Shown here: positions 42,403-54,906 of the stretch, one piece after another
Position numbering within the stretch: the first letter of the stretch is position 1
How the letters are laid out: the number at the start of each line of letters is the position of its first letter
DNA from: Octopus vulgaris
Lineage: Eukaryota
Length of the DNA: 64,000 nt
Reading direction: 5' to 3'
NCBI GenBank assembly: GCA_951406725.2
Contig: OX597828.1
Span: 26,164,001 to 26,228,000, forward strand
The notes under the pieces: generated by a model
The model's input: only the letters and a program-made list of their open reading frames with translations
The model's database searches: none
What the model was told of the DNA's origin: nothing
Program-made: the position numbers and the translations under genes

Positions 42403-45085
42403 TCTCTCTCTCTATATATATAAAACTGAGAATGTGTGTCTGTCTGTGTGTTTCCCTAAAATTTGAGAACTCAACAACCAATTTCATTCAAATTTTACAC
42501 ATGCCTTACTTTAGGCCCGGGGAGTGTCATCGGCAAAAAAATTTTAACTTTTTCCCTAGGGCGACCCCACAGCATTATCATATCTTCTCCACTATTTCAG
42601 TATTACGTGTTAAAAGTGAAACAAAAACATCTCTCTATTGTAATGCAGACATTCACTTTAATACTGAAACTATTAAAGTGAAAGTATTATATAACAGGGA
42701 TGAACCATTAACAGTGGTCATCCATTTTGCTAGAAGAAGATCCGCTATGGTCTTATATGCTACACCACTGGTTTTCAATTCATATTAATCAAATTAATAT
42801 TCAATTTTTCACCCTTATTATGTGTGTGTGTGTATTATCAATTCGTATAAAATTGCATCAATGACTTGAACTTGAATAAGTGGTTTCAGATAAATGGGGA
42901 TAAATTAAAAAGGTTTGTTATTATTATTATTACTGTTTGACTATTGTAATCACATTTGTTGGTTCCTCGTAAGGGAAACGTTGTTGTGTTGCATTTGTTA
43001 AATAATTGTAAACCGTAACCCTCCCCCTTTCGGAGAAGGGGCTTTGGTTATTGTTTAAAAATTGAATTGTGTCCCTGTTTGGGGAAATTGACAATATTTT
43101 CACCGTCTTTACGGAAGCATTTTTGTTAAAATGCCTTCGATAGAAGAAAGTCCAAGAATGAATTTCGCTGCAGCCGTACACTCAACAAGAGTGCTTCTAC
43201 CTTCGTCTACTACTGCATGAGGTCAGAGGGCCAACGTCTTTCCAAGCCCTAAAAACCGTTCATGGACATGTCTGCACAACATACAGAGAAGCCTGCTATC
43301 GACAAGGTCTGTTAGAAGATGGTGCACAATGGGATGCAACTTTAGGAGAGGCTGCTTTATCACAATCACCTAAAAGTCTCAGGGCACTATTTGCAGTATT
43401 ACTACAGGCATGCAAACTGTGTGATCCGGCCACTCTATGGCTCAAATATAGAGACAACCTGGCTGAAGACATTCAGCGCCAAGCTCAACTGCTCTATCCT
43501 GACATGGAGGGTATCAGCAATGAAATCTATAACAAAACACTTATTGACATTGAAGACAGAATTGCTAAACTGGGTGGAAACGAATTGTCGACGTATGGCC
43601 TGCCACAAGCATTTAGGTCAGGGTCAAATAGCCTTCCCACCGCTGTCATTCGTGAAACAACCTACGACACTCAAGCGCTTTCAAAGTACATTGTTGAAAA
43701 TGAGCCTAAATTACTTCCGGACCAGCTGCAGGCCTACACAACTATTCTTAACAGTGTACGCCAACGCGAGGGACGAATATTCTTCCTCGATGCTCCTGGA
43801 GGGACAGGAAAAACATTTATTACAAAGCTTCTCCTTGCAGACGTTAGGCAGCATCAGGACATTGCAGTAGCTGTAGCCTCCTCTGGCATTGCAGCTACTT
43901 TGTTACCCGGTGGCAGGACAATCACACTCAACTTTTAAACTCCCTCTCAATTTAGCAGCATCCGAAATGCCTTCATGCAACATCAACAAAAGTTCAGATC
44001 AGGGACAAGTAATAAAAATGTGTAATCTAATTGTCTGGGATGAGTGCACTATGGCTCACAAGAGAGCTTTGGAAGCATTAGATAGGCTCCAATGGGAGGC
44101 AAACTCTTCCTGTCATTCCGAAAGGCACTAGAGCAGTTGAAGTCCAAGCATGCCTAAAGTCCTCTACCCTGTGGCATCATGTTACAATCCTCAGTCTCAC
44201 CACTAACATGAGAGCTCAGCTACACGGCGACAAAATGTCCACAAAGTTTGCACAGGACATTTTGACACTTGGTGAAGGCAAGATGCCTCTCGATGCTGCA
44301 GGACAAATGGAAGTGTGGTCATTTTCCTCTGTTGTTAATTCTGTAGATGACCTCAAAAACGAAGTCTTTCCCAACTTCACACAAAACTACCAAAATCACA
44401 ATTGGCTGTGTGAAAGAGCAATATTAGCTCCAAAAAACGTCGCTGTTAACAAAATTAATCAACAGCTAATGCATTCTCTTCCCAGCACTATACACACTTA
44501 CAAGTCTGTTGATACAATTCCAGATATAAATGAAGTTGTGAACTATCCTCCTGAATTTCTCAATTCACTGGAGCCTTCTGGACTACCTCCACACATATCA
44601 GCACTTAAAGTTGGAACTCCTGTAATGCTACTCCGCAATCTGGAACCACCAAGACTTTGCAATGGAACACGACTGGTGGTAAAGAAAATGATGTCATACA
44701 TTATCGAGGCGATCATTCTTTCTGGATGTGGAAAAGGTGATGACGTCTTTATTCCAAGAAATCCTCTTACTCCATCGGGAGCAGAAATTCCATTTACATT
44801 CAGAAGACTGCAATTTTCCCCCTTCGTATCAGCTTTGCCATGTCCATTAACAAATCTCAGGGTCAAACCCTCTATGTAGCTAGTCTTCTCTTGGAAGAGC
44901 CCTGCTCCTCGCATGGGCAACTGTATGTTGGCTGCTCAAGAATAGGAACCAAAAGAAACCTTTTTGTATATGCTCCACAAGGAAAAACAAGGAACATTGG
45001 TATAATCTCAACAGCCAGGAGGTATGTACAGGATCCCCCTTTTTTAACAAACTTCATGTACTTTTATGTATTTATATTAATATAC

Positions 45086-45123
<38 letters not shown>

Positions 45124-45189
45124 CCATATATATATATATAACAGAAAAATCTAATTCTTCAATTGAATGTAACCGGGCAACGCCGGGTA
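42403..45189 (+). mobile_element. Helitron, internally deleted and non-autonomous
   Basis: 5' TC...tatatatataaaactgagaatgtgtgtctgtctg terminus; 3' GC hairpin ccgggcaacgccgg (45173-45186); PIF1-like coding remnant; terminal CTRR not seen. Confidence 0.85.
43180..45000 (+). pseudogene. Helitron RepHel C-terminal region with PIF1-family SF1B helicase, frameshifted
   Basis: ECFYLRLLLHEVRGPTSF, DAPGGTGKT (Walker A), VASSGIAATLLPGGRT, IVWDECTM (Walker B), MLLRNL..LCNGTR, INKSQGQTL, HGQLYVGCSR. Confidence 0.93.
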
Positions 45190-46000
45190 TGTATGTATGT
45201 ATGCATATATTTTATTTATTACACTATTGTATGACTGAGCGCCCTCGCGTCGATTCGATTCGATTCGTTTCTTTTCGTTTCTTCTTCTCCAAGTACTGCT
45301 TTTATATATAATTATGACGCGAAACTCTATACTCTTTGCTTGACCTTCCCTTCTTTCCCTATCTCTCTCTCTCTCTCTCTCTCACTCCTCCTCATCTCTC
45401 TCTCAGCCGCCTCTCTTCCTCTATCTCTCTCTCTCTCTCTCACTCCTCCTCATCTTTCTCACAGCCGGCCGAATACTTCCTTTCGCCTGCGGCCTCCTAA
45501 CTGTAAATACACGGTTTTTCTTGCGCTCTTTTATTTGTATCGTTTTTACGTCCTGTTTGTGTCACATTTTTTTCTTTCCTTGTTTTTACCACTCTGCGAA
45601 GTAATTTTATTTAATTCCTTCGCAGGAAGGGCTAGTTCGACGAGTCGTATTCTGTCCTCACCTTCGAAACACGCGGGAGTTGAACTAGGGACAGCTGATG
45701 AAGGGGATTTTTCCTTGTGTAGTTTGTCTTGTACTCTATTTTTTCGTGGTAAAAAAAAATGGTCCGTTCCATGCTTGTTTTTACGTTTTCGTTTCTCGTT
45801 GAGTTCTACATCTATTTGTGGTGTCCTGTACTCACGTATATATATTTATATATGCATGTATATATACATGTAGATGTAGGTACGTGCATATATGTATGTA
45901 TGTATGCATATATTTTATTTATTACACTATTGTATGACTGAGCGCCCTCGCGTCGATTCGATTCGTTTCGTTTCATTTCGTTTCTTCTTCTCCAAGTACT

Positions 46001-46005
<5 letters not shown>
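45188..46005 (+). mobile_element. Penelope-like non-autonomous element bounded by ~115-bp direct repeats
   Basis: tatgtatgcatatattttatttattacactattgtatgactgagcgccctcgcgtcgattcg...ccaagtactg at about 45190-45300 and 45892-46001; hammerhead-like motif inside. Confidence 0.65.
45613..45709 (+). ncRNA. Candidate non-circularly permuted hammerhead ribozyme, family Y
   Basis: cgtat-T-ctgtcc (45646-45657), ccttc-GAAA-cacg (45661-45673), ggacag-CTGATGA (45689-45701). Confidence 0.62.
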
Positions 46006-46050
<45 letters not shown>

Positions 46051-46390
46051 TTACACATACATACATATACATATATGTATACGCATATATATATACATAT
46101 ATACACATATATAAATACATACGTGCTTATACATATATACATATGTATATAGATATAAATGCATACATGCATGTATTTATACATATATATACATACTTAT
46201 ATATACATATATATACATACATATATATACTTATGCATACATATATATACATATATATAAATTTATGTATGCATATATATGTATATCTATACACATGCAC
46301 ATATGCATATACATATGTCATTTTATATATAGATACACATATATATATACATATACACATGTGTCTGTAGTGTGTGTGTGTGTGTATATA

Positions 46391-46428
<38 letters not shown>

Positions 46429-46440
46429 CACACACACATA

Positions 46441-46516
<76 letters not shown>

Positions 46517-47000
46517 CTAAAGTTTCTATTATATATGTACATGCTTCCAAATTCATTCGGCTCTTTATTTATCTGCTTGTGCAATTTCTGTTCCATCTTT
46601 GTTTATTTTTGCTGTTGTGTTTACTTGCCTTTTCTTTTTTTTATTTAAATCTTTGCTTCATTCCTTCGACGTCAAATAGACAGGTCAGACACACGACCTT
46701 TTCAGAACAGGCAGAAAAAAATGCAATCCTATAATTTCATTTATATATTTATTCATACATGTATTTCAAATGAAATTTCCTTCCATTACGTTTCTTTCTT
46801 CTTTTCTTTTCTGTTTTTTTTTTATTTCATCCTTTCTTTCTTTCATTCTTTGTTTCATTCTTTATTTATTTCTTTCATCCTTTCTTTCCCTATGCCTTTT
46901 GTTGTGTATTGCTGAATTATTATTTTAACTCAGTTTATCGAAATTTGTATACTATACGAGTATGGATATACATATATACATACATACATACATACATACA

Positions 47001-47034
<34 letters not shown>

Positions 47035-47055
47035 CATATATACATATATACATAC

Positions 47056-47167
<112 letters not shown>

Positions 47168-47225
47168 ATATGTATGTATCTATATATGTATTTATATATA
47201 TGTTTAAATTTATAATACAAATATA

Positions 47226-47271
<46 letters not shown>

Positions 47272-47427
47272 CACACACGTATATATGCATACAAATATAA
47301 TATACAAATACAATCATGGATATACATGTTTGAATGTGAATGTATGCATATGTTTGTACATGTGTATATATATGTGTGTGTGTGTGTGTGTATGTTTCTG
47401 TGCACGTGTGTATGCTGTGTGTGTGTG

Positions 47428-47565
<138 letters not shown>

Positions 47566-47680
47566 ATACATACACACATACATACACACGCGCGCACACA
47601 GACGCACATACATAAGTGTGCTTGCATTGAAATATTTAAATGGGAGTATTTTGATAAGTATGCACTAAGTTTGTATATAT

Positions 47681-47771
<91 letters not shown>

Positions 47772-47872
47772 CGTGTGTGCATACGCATACTTTCAAATGT
47801 TTATTTGCCTGCTATAGAAAGAAGAAAAGGTTACGATAGTGTAAGTCACATTATTTTAAGTGAATTCTTTCA

Positions 47873-47915
47873 CTCTTTCCTCGAGTTTCAAGCCAGCGTG
47901 ATCTTCAGGCAAAAG
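47873..47915 (-). ncRNA. Degenerate hammerhead-like motif
   Basis: cttttgc-CTGAAGA-tcacgctggctt-GAAA-ctcgag-g-aaag; palindromic stem III but U16.1 missing. Confidence 0.35.
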
Positions 47916-48637
47916 CTGTTTTTTATTTATCATTTGTACAGGTTTTCTATACATTGTGATGATTTCATTCTTTTGCTTATTGCTATCGTTTTCATTGACT
48001 GGTTTCTAATCTATTTTTAAGTCGTTGTCAATGGTTGTCGCCGTCGTTATTTTATTTTCTAATTCATTGCTAATTCATGTTCTTCATTAGCCGAGGTCTC
48101 TGTTGTTTATTTGTATAACCTAAAGTTGTTTTCTTCAATTTGTTAATCTGTTATATCAGTTCCCATTGATTAATAGCCATTCTATGATTCTGAATCGATT
48201 GTGTATTCACGTGATCTGCTCAGATGTATTTTGATTCGTAGAACTGTTTATTTGTAGATTCCCTTATTCATTGGTCGGTTCACCAACCGTCCTCTATCTT
48301 CATGTTTATTACATCCTTGTTTCTTATGTTTTCGTCCTGTCTACTTCATAATTTGCTATTTTATACATAAAGTCGCTATATATTACTCCTGTTAAGGGTT
48401 CGTTTTCCATACCAGTCTCTAAATCACCGTTCTAATCTATAGGCTACTTTGTTTCGCCATTCCTTTGTGTTGATATCATTCTTTTTCCCGTGCTATTTTT
48501 GCAGTTGTTGCATCATTGGGTGTGCCAGTTTTTAAAAGTGAATTTGTTCTAGCATTTGTAACGAGACATTATCTCATGTCTTTTGTTGAGCAAACATGTT
48601 TGAGTTTTGTATGTATGCACGTATGCATGCACGTAGG

Positions 48638-48713
<76 letters not shown>

Positions 48714-48738
48714 CAGACAGGTAGACAGACAGACAGAC

Positions 48739-48804
<66 letters not shown>

Positions 48805-49262
48805 ACAGACAGACAGACAGACAGACAGATAGGCAGGCAAGCAGGCAGAGAGGCAGGCAGCAGGCAGAGAGGCAGGCAGCAGGCAGATAAACAGACAGAC
48901 AGATAGATATATAGACATACAGATAAATAGATGATAATATATCGCGCTCAGAGGTCCTCCCCTACACTTTGCACTCATGATCTTTTAGTATTTGATGGTT
49001 TTAGTCATTGAAATTTTGCCTACAAAGCATTGATCAGTCTGAAACTAAGAAAGAAGGCGCTTCCCAAGTTGCAGACAAACCCGGAAATATATAGCTGCAA
49101 AGCGAAATTCGTAACAACAGGGCTCAGCACACGCCTGTTACAAATTCTAACTCTCATTCTCCTCCTCTTCCGCCTCCGCCTCCTCATCCTCATCATCATC
49201 ATCGTCGTCGTCGTCGTCGTCGTCATCGTTGTCGTCATCGTCGTCATCGTCATCTTCATTAT

Positions 49263-49950
49263 TATCCGGTTCGAGATAAGTCCTACAGACACGGAAGTGC
49301 TGTCACACAGACCTCTCCGAGATGTGCACAGGGCGACGAAACCGTCCTGCATGCATTCGGCCAGTGTCCGGGCATTACTGACTTGTGGAGCTTTGTCCAA
49401 CAGCTGTTGACGCTTGTAGGATGGATCCGGTTATGAGCCGAGTCCATTACTGAAGATCGCCTCGCCGCCTTCTTTTGGCCGGGAAGGAAAGGCAGCTTTC
49501 CTCTGTCTAGTGGCCATGGCGAAGGAGGTAGTGTGGAGGACAAAATTGAAAGAACTGAAGAAAGATACTTTCCTCTTCGGCCAAGCCCTCATCGACTTTT
49601 TTCAAGTTCCACTTGAAAAGAAAATGAGGGTGGAGAGGGAAGTTCTTGCCCCAATAAATTTGTTGAAAGGTGGGTGTGGCGAGGATGGCCCATGTGAATG
49701 GGCCTACTCTGAACATTCGCTTGTAAACTGGAAGAGTTGTGAAGGAGAAGCACCTGCTGAGGTCGGAACAGCCAGGACGCGTGGGGTTCCTCGGTTTCAC
49801 CTGGGATGAACCCCCACCTTTGAGGGGATTTTATTGTTTAATTGTTATTGTTATTTTTTACACGACTTTGTACTAAACCCCACTTGTGCCTTGTGCTGTA
49901 TTGTTCATTTTCTGTTTTATGTTCGGCTCTAGTTGCTCATAAAGAAATTA
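49263..49950 (+). mobile_element. L1/Tx1-like LINE 3' fragment
   Basis: PVRDKSYRHGSAVTQTSPRCAQGDETVLHAFGQCPGITDLWSFVQQLL...VAMAKEVVWRTKLK...FGQALIDFF; same family as 19375-20225. Confidence 0.75.
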
Positions 49951-50369
49951 TTATCATTATCAATAATATTAATACGCCAATTTTTTTTTTGTGCGTACCT
50001 GACGTACCTTTCTTTTGTGCGTACCTTTCTTTGTTTATTATTTTCTGAGATCATAGAATGCTATTTAAGACTGATTTGGCTAAGATATTTTAGCTGATCG
50101 ACCAACTATTTAAAGATGTTATTTAGTTATCACTTTTATTGCTGATACGATAATCCTTTCTAAAGTTTTACAAAACAGTTAAATCCTGTATCACCACAAA
50201 ATCACAAGTAAAAAGATTGAGCATGGTAGTTACTCAGGGGCGTTTTTGCCTGGCTTATTTCTTTGCTTACCTCTTTTCTTCTTGTCTTTCTGCTTTTCTC
50301 TGGGTGTATCCGACGAATTCTTTTCCTCCATCAAATTTTTCCCCTTCTTTGAGCGTCAACCGAATATTA

Positions 50370-50588
50370 ACTCTTTTACTCTTTTACCGTTTTACTTGTT
50401 TCAGTCATTTGACTGCGGCCATGCTGGAGCACCGCCTTTAATCGAGCAACTCGGGTCTTATTCTTTTGTAAGCCCAGTACTTATTCTATCGGTCTTTTTT
50501 GCCGAACCGCTAAGTAACGGGGACATAATCACACCAGCATCGATTGTCAAGCAATGCTAGGGGGACAAACATAGACACACAAACACAC

Positions 50589-50637
<49 letters not shown>

Positions 50638-50757
50638 TACGACGGGCTTCTTTCAGTTTCCGTCTACCAAATCCACTCACAAGGCATTGGTCGGCCCGAG
50701 GCTATAGTAAAAGACACTTGCCCAAGGTGCCACGCAGTGGGACTGAACCCGGAACCA
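50370..50757 (-). mobile_element. SINE family A, 5'-truncated
   Basis: Reverse complement of family A. Confidence 0.9.
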
Positions 50758-50831
50758 TAACTGTGAACGTTCCTTGAACTTTTGTTGTTTTTGCATTAGG
50801 TTTTGGTTTCGTAACTGGATCGCTCTACACA

Positions 50832-50901
<70 letters not shown>

Positions 50902-51021
50902 TACACATACACATATACAGACACACACACATACACACATACAGACACACACACAGACACACAGATACAGACACACACAGACACGCACACACATAAACTC
51001 TCACACACACAGATATATATT

Positions 51022-51666
51022 CTTTTACTCTTCTACTTGTTTCAGACATTTGACTGCGGCCATGCTGGAGCACCGTCTTTAGTCGAACAAATCCACCCCA
51101 GGATTTATTCTTTGTAAACCTAGTACTTATTCTATCGGTCTCTTTTGCCGAACCGCTAAGTTACAGGAACGTAAACAACAGCATCAGTTGTCAAGCGATA
51201 TTGGGGGCACAAACACAGACACACAAACATATACACACACACACACAAACACACATGTATATATATATATATGGCTAATAGGTTAAATGGGACATACCTG
51301 TCTTCACGGCCGAAACAGCTGTCAGCTACGATGTAATTGTATTTTCTATTTCTATTTCTATGTCTAGTTATATTTGTAATATATTATGTATAATGTCATT
51401 GCTGTTGTGTAATGGTTTAATAAAGTATTGATTGGGTATTATCTGATGGTTGATGATTGATTTAGGTATGTTTCTCCATTTTCTCATTTTGTATATATAT
51501 ATATATATGACGGGCTTCTTTCAGTTTCCGTCTACGAACTCCACTCACAAGGCTTTGGTCGGCCCGAGATTATAATAGAAGACACTTGGCCATGGTCCCA
51601 CGAGGTGGGACTGAACCCGGAACCATATGGTTGGTAAGCAAGCTACTTACCACAAGCCATTCCTGC
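51022..51666 (-). mobile_element. SINE family A split at its internal (TA)n by a ~220-bp insertion (51272-51491)
   Basis: Tail half 51022-51255, head half 51509-51666. Confidence 0.85.
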
Positions 51667-51734
51667 ACCTATATATATATATTTAATTATCTATTTATTT
51701 ATATATATATTTACACACACACACACACACACAC

Positions 51735-51795
<61 letters not shown>

Positions 51796-51797
51796 GA

Positions 51798-51853
<56 letters not shown>

Positions 51854-52249
51854 GAATGTATTTATATATATATACATATATATATATTCGAATGTATTTA
51901 TATTTATATATGCATTCAAATGAATGTGAATTTATTTATAACTCTATCTATTTCTTATTTTTACTTACGAATTTATACACACTTATTTCTTGAATTTTTA
52001 TAAAAATATACTCCAATATTAATATCATATTTAAATATATGGTTAATTACTATATATTATTTATCTCTATACTTTTTAATGATTACCCAGAGTATATTAT
52101 GTATTTACTTTCTCTCTAAATATGCACCATTCACTCCACCCCACCCCTTTTCATAAGGTCTATACCAAGTTTATTCATAAAGCAATACTCAGTTAGTTGA
52201 AATGTTCCGTACACTTAACACATAGAAATTTAATGCTACATGCTTTTTC

Positions 52250-52331
52250 TCTTCCGACGAGAATCTACTTTATAATGATTTAATTATTTCAATAAATATG
52301 TTTAAAGCCTGAATCGAAACAGCTGTTAGGG
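52250..52331 (+). ncRNA. Type I hammerhead motif with long loop II and palindromic stem III
   Basis: tctt-CCGACGA-gaatc...gaatc-GAAACAGCTGTT-aggg; one mismatch in stem II. Confidence 0.5.
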
Positions 52332-52544
52332 ATTATGTCTATTTTTGTAATTAATAAATATATTTATTAATTGATTAATCTCTATTTTCTTTATGTCTAG
52401 TCGAAAGACGCCTGTTTGTGATGTCCTGTTATTGTTATTTTATTATCATTATTGTTTCTACGTTTTATTATTATTGTTTTTACGTATTATTTTTGTATCC
52501 ATATTCGTGTAACATCGTCCGTTTTTCCGTCCTTGTTTTGTATA

Positions 52545-52644
52545 CATTCGAAGCTTTCTTCCAAGGAATCTAATGCGCTTAGCTTAGTTTTTCCTTGGGG
52601 CTAGCCAAATTGGAGCAATCTCAAGATTTATCAGCCGAAATTGC
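52545..52644 (+). ncRNA. 5' half of permuted hammerhead family X
   Basis: cattcgaagc...ggct...gcaat-C-tcaaga-tttat-cagcc-GAAA-ttgc; CUGANGA half deleted. Confidence 0.55.
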
Positions 52645-52695
52645 GAAATCGTCTCCTAAATGTTTTGCGTTCTTGTCCCAGTTTGTATTTTTATG

Positions 52696-52757
<62 letters not shown>

Positions 52758-53026
52758 GTGGAGGCGCAATGGCCCGGTGGTTTCGATTCCCAGACCGGGC
52801 GTTGTGAGTGTTTATTGAACGAAAACACCTATAGCTCCACTAGTCTCCGACAGGGGATGGTGGCGATACCTGCTGTACTCTTTCGCCGCAACTTTCTCTC
52901 GCTCTTTCTTCTGTTGGCCTACTCGCTTAGCCAGCGGGGTGATGTCACTTGATGGCTTAAGCAATGTGAAGCGCATTGTGACCAGCGATGTGTAGCAACA
53001 TCTGATAGCCTGGTCGGTCACGTGAT

Positions 53027-53034
<8 letters not shown>
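52758..53034 (+). mobile_element. SINE family C, tail type 2, deletion in head
   Basis: Head as 24360-24746; tail ends ggtcacgtgatcacgtgat. Confidence 0.85.
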
Positions 53035-53059
<25 letters not shown>

Positions 53060-53214
53060 AATGAAGTATTAATGCAGATTAGCAGTTACATTTCTCTGTG
53101 GATACTAGGTTTGTTGGGTATATAAAGAATTGAGAGAATTCATGCACACATTTCTGATGATACACACAATAAAGTTCGAAAATTAGCTAAATTTGCCCTA
53201 GGTTGTAATATATA

Positions 53215-53520
53215 TGTGTGGTAAAAAGTTTGTTTTCCAGCCACATGGTTCCGAGTTCAAACCCCCTATGTGTAACCTTGGGCAGGTACCTTCTACTATA
53301 ACCTCGGGTCGGCCAAAGTCTTATAGGTGGATTTGGTAGTGAGAAACTGAAAGAAGCCCTCGTCATATATGTTGGCGTGTTTACATCCCCCCATAACTTA
53401 GCAGTTCACCAAAAGAGATGATAGTATAAGGAAAAAATAAGTACAAGGGGTCGATTCATTCGGCTAAAATTCCTAAAGGTGGTGCTGCAGCATGGTCGCA
53501 GTCTAATAACTAAAACAAGT
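53215..53520 (+). mobile_element. SINE family A, diverged
   Basis: ccacatggttccgagttca, gaaactgaaagaagcc and cagcatggtcgcagtc landmarks. Confidence 0.75.
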
Positions 53521-53872
53521 GGATATGTATTTGCAACTATATTAGCCATTCATAAAAATTTATTAGATTCGACTTGTTACACACAGATATTATTTAAAGC
53601 GTGTGTGTGTATGTGTGTGTGTGTCTGTGTGTGCGTACGTGCGCATATATATATTGTGTGTGTGTGAGTACCTCAAAATGTGACAGGCAACCAAAAATCG
53701 GGTTCAGTGGTGGATTGGACCATCCATTCCAGTTGAGTACTACACTCAGTAAATAGGACAGGCTGATGTGCGGAATATGAGCGAAATAACAGAAATATCA
53801 ATAATAAGCTGAAAAACCGATACACGCGCACATATATATGCCCATGTATAGATGATATATTTACAAATACGT

Positions 53873-53933
<61 letters not shown>

Positions 53934-54019
53934 ATAAATTGATATATACATACATACATACATACAAACATACATACGGATATGTATGTATGTACATACA
54001 TACATGCTTACATACATAT

Positions 54020-54906
54020 GATGATAGTAACATTGATCATCGAAGTAGTCTATCATGAACCACTGGATTACTATCTCGTATTTTAAAGGGAATGCGTTTG
54101 CAGTCGAGGAACAGGAAACATCAACCAAATACTTGATGCACCAAAGGGATAGAGATGCAGGGAAGGCAGCAAAATGTGACAACCGATGCAGACTTTGTGA
54201 AGTTAACACCGAAGATATCATAATCAGTTGTCCGAAAATGTCACCACGGTATAATCTACCGACGAGACATGATGCTGTAGCTAGGACATTGTATAACGAG
54301 ATCCGTCGAAAGGATAATCCCGAGGACAAAGAAATAAGAATTCGCAGTATGGTGGAAACCATAGCCAATCATAATAAAGAGGAGTACTGGTGGAATGTAC
54401 CAGTGAAAACCTCAATAACCTGACATAATGATTTGGGATAGAGAAGAGAAACTATGAGAAACTGTATACACTTGTGGAAATCAGCTGCCCAGCTAAAGAC
54501 CAGCGAAAAAGAAAATACCGACGCTGGACTATTGAGAAATTACAAGTTCATGCTTATACCTGTAATTATTGCAGCCCTGGGATATGTAACACACTACCTA
54601 AATACCAAACTTGAGGTATTAGGCTTCTCAAAACCAGAAAGGCGAAGGCTGTTCTAAAGACTACAGATCTAATCCATCACTGGAACTGTAAAACCAGTAA
54701 AACGTTCCAGAACTTTATCATTTAAGTATATACGAACGTGTCTAGATATGCATGAGAATACATAAAACAAAATGTACAAATCTGCACATATACATACATA
54801 AAAAATACCTTGTTGATGTTGAAATTCCAATGAAGGAGCCTTGGATCTAGGTTAGAAACCGGCTCTTTCTCTATTGGCAAGAATTCTTGAAATAAAACTG
54901 AATAAT
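54020..54906 (+). mobile_element. 5'-truncated decayed RLE non-LTR retrotransposon (family 2) in (CATA)n
   Basis: FAVEEQE, CRLCEVNTEDI.IISCP, RHDAVA, YWWN, PDIMIWD, VEISCP, IPVIIAALG; 3' end aaataaaactgaataat followed by (TACA)n. Confidence 0.85.

Noticed and set aside
43180-45000. Host PIF1 gene
   Set aside because: Intronless, frameshifted, preceded by the Helitron-specific YLRLLL..VRGPTSF region and bounded by Helitron termini.
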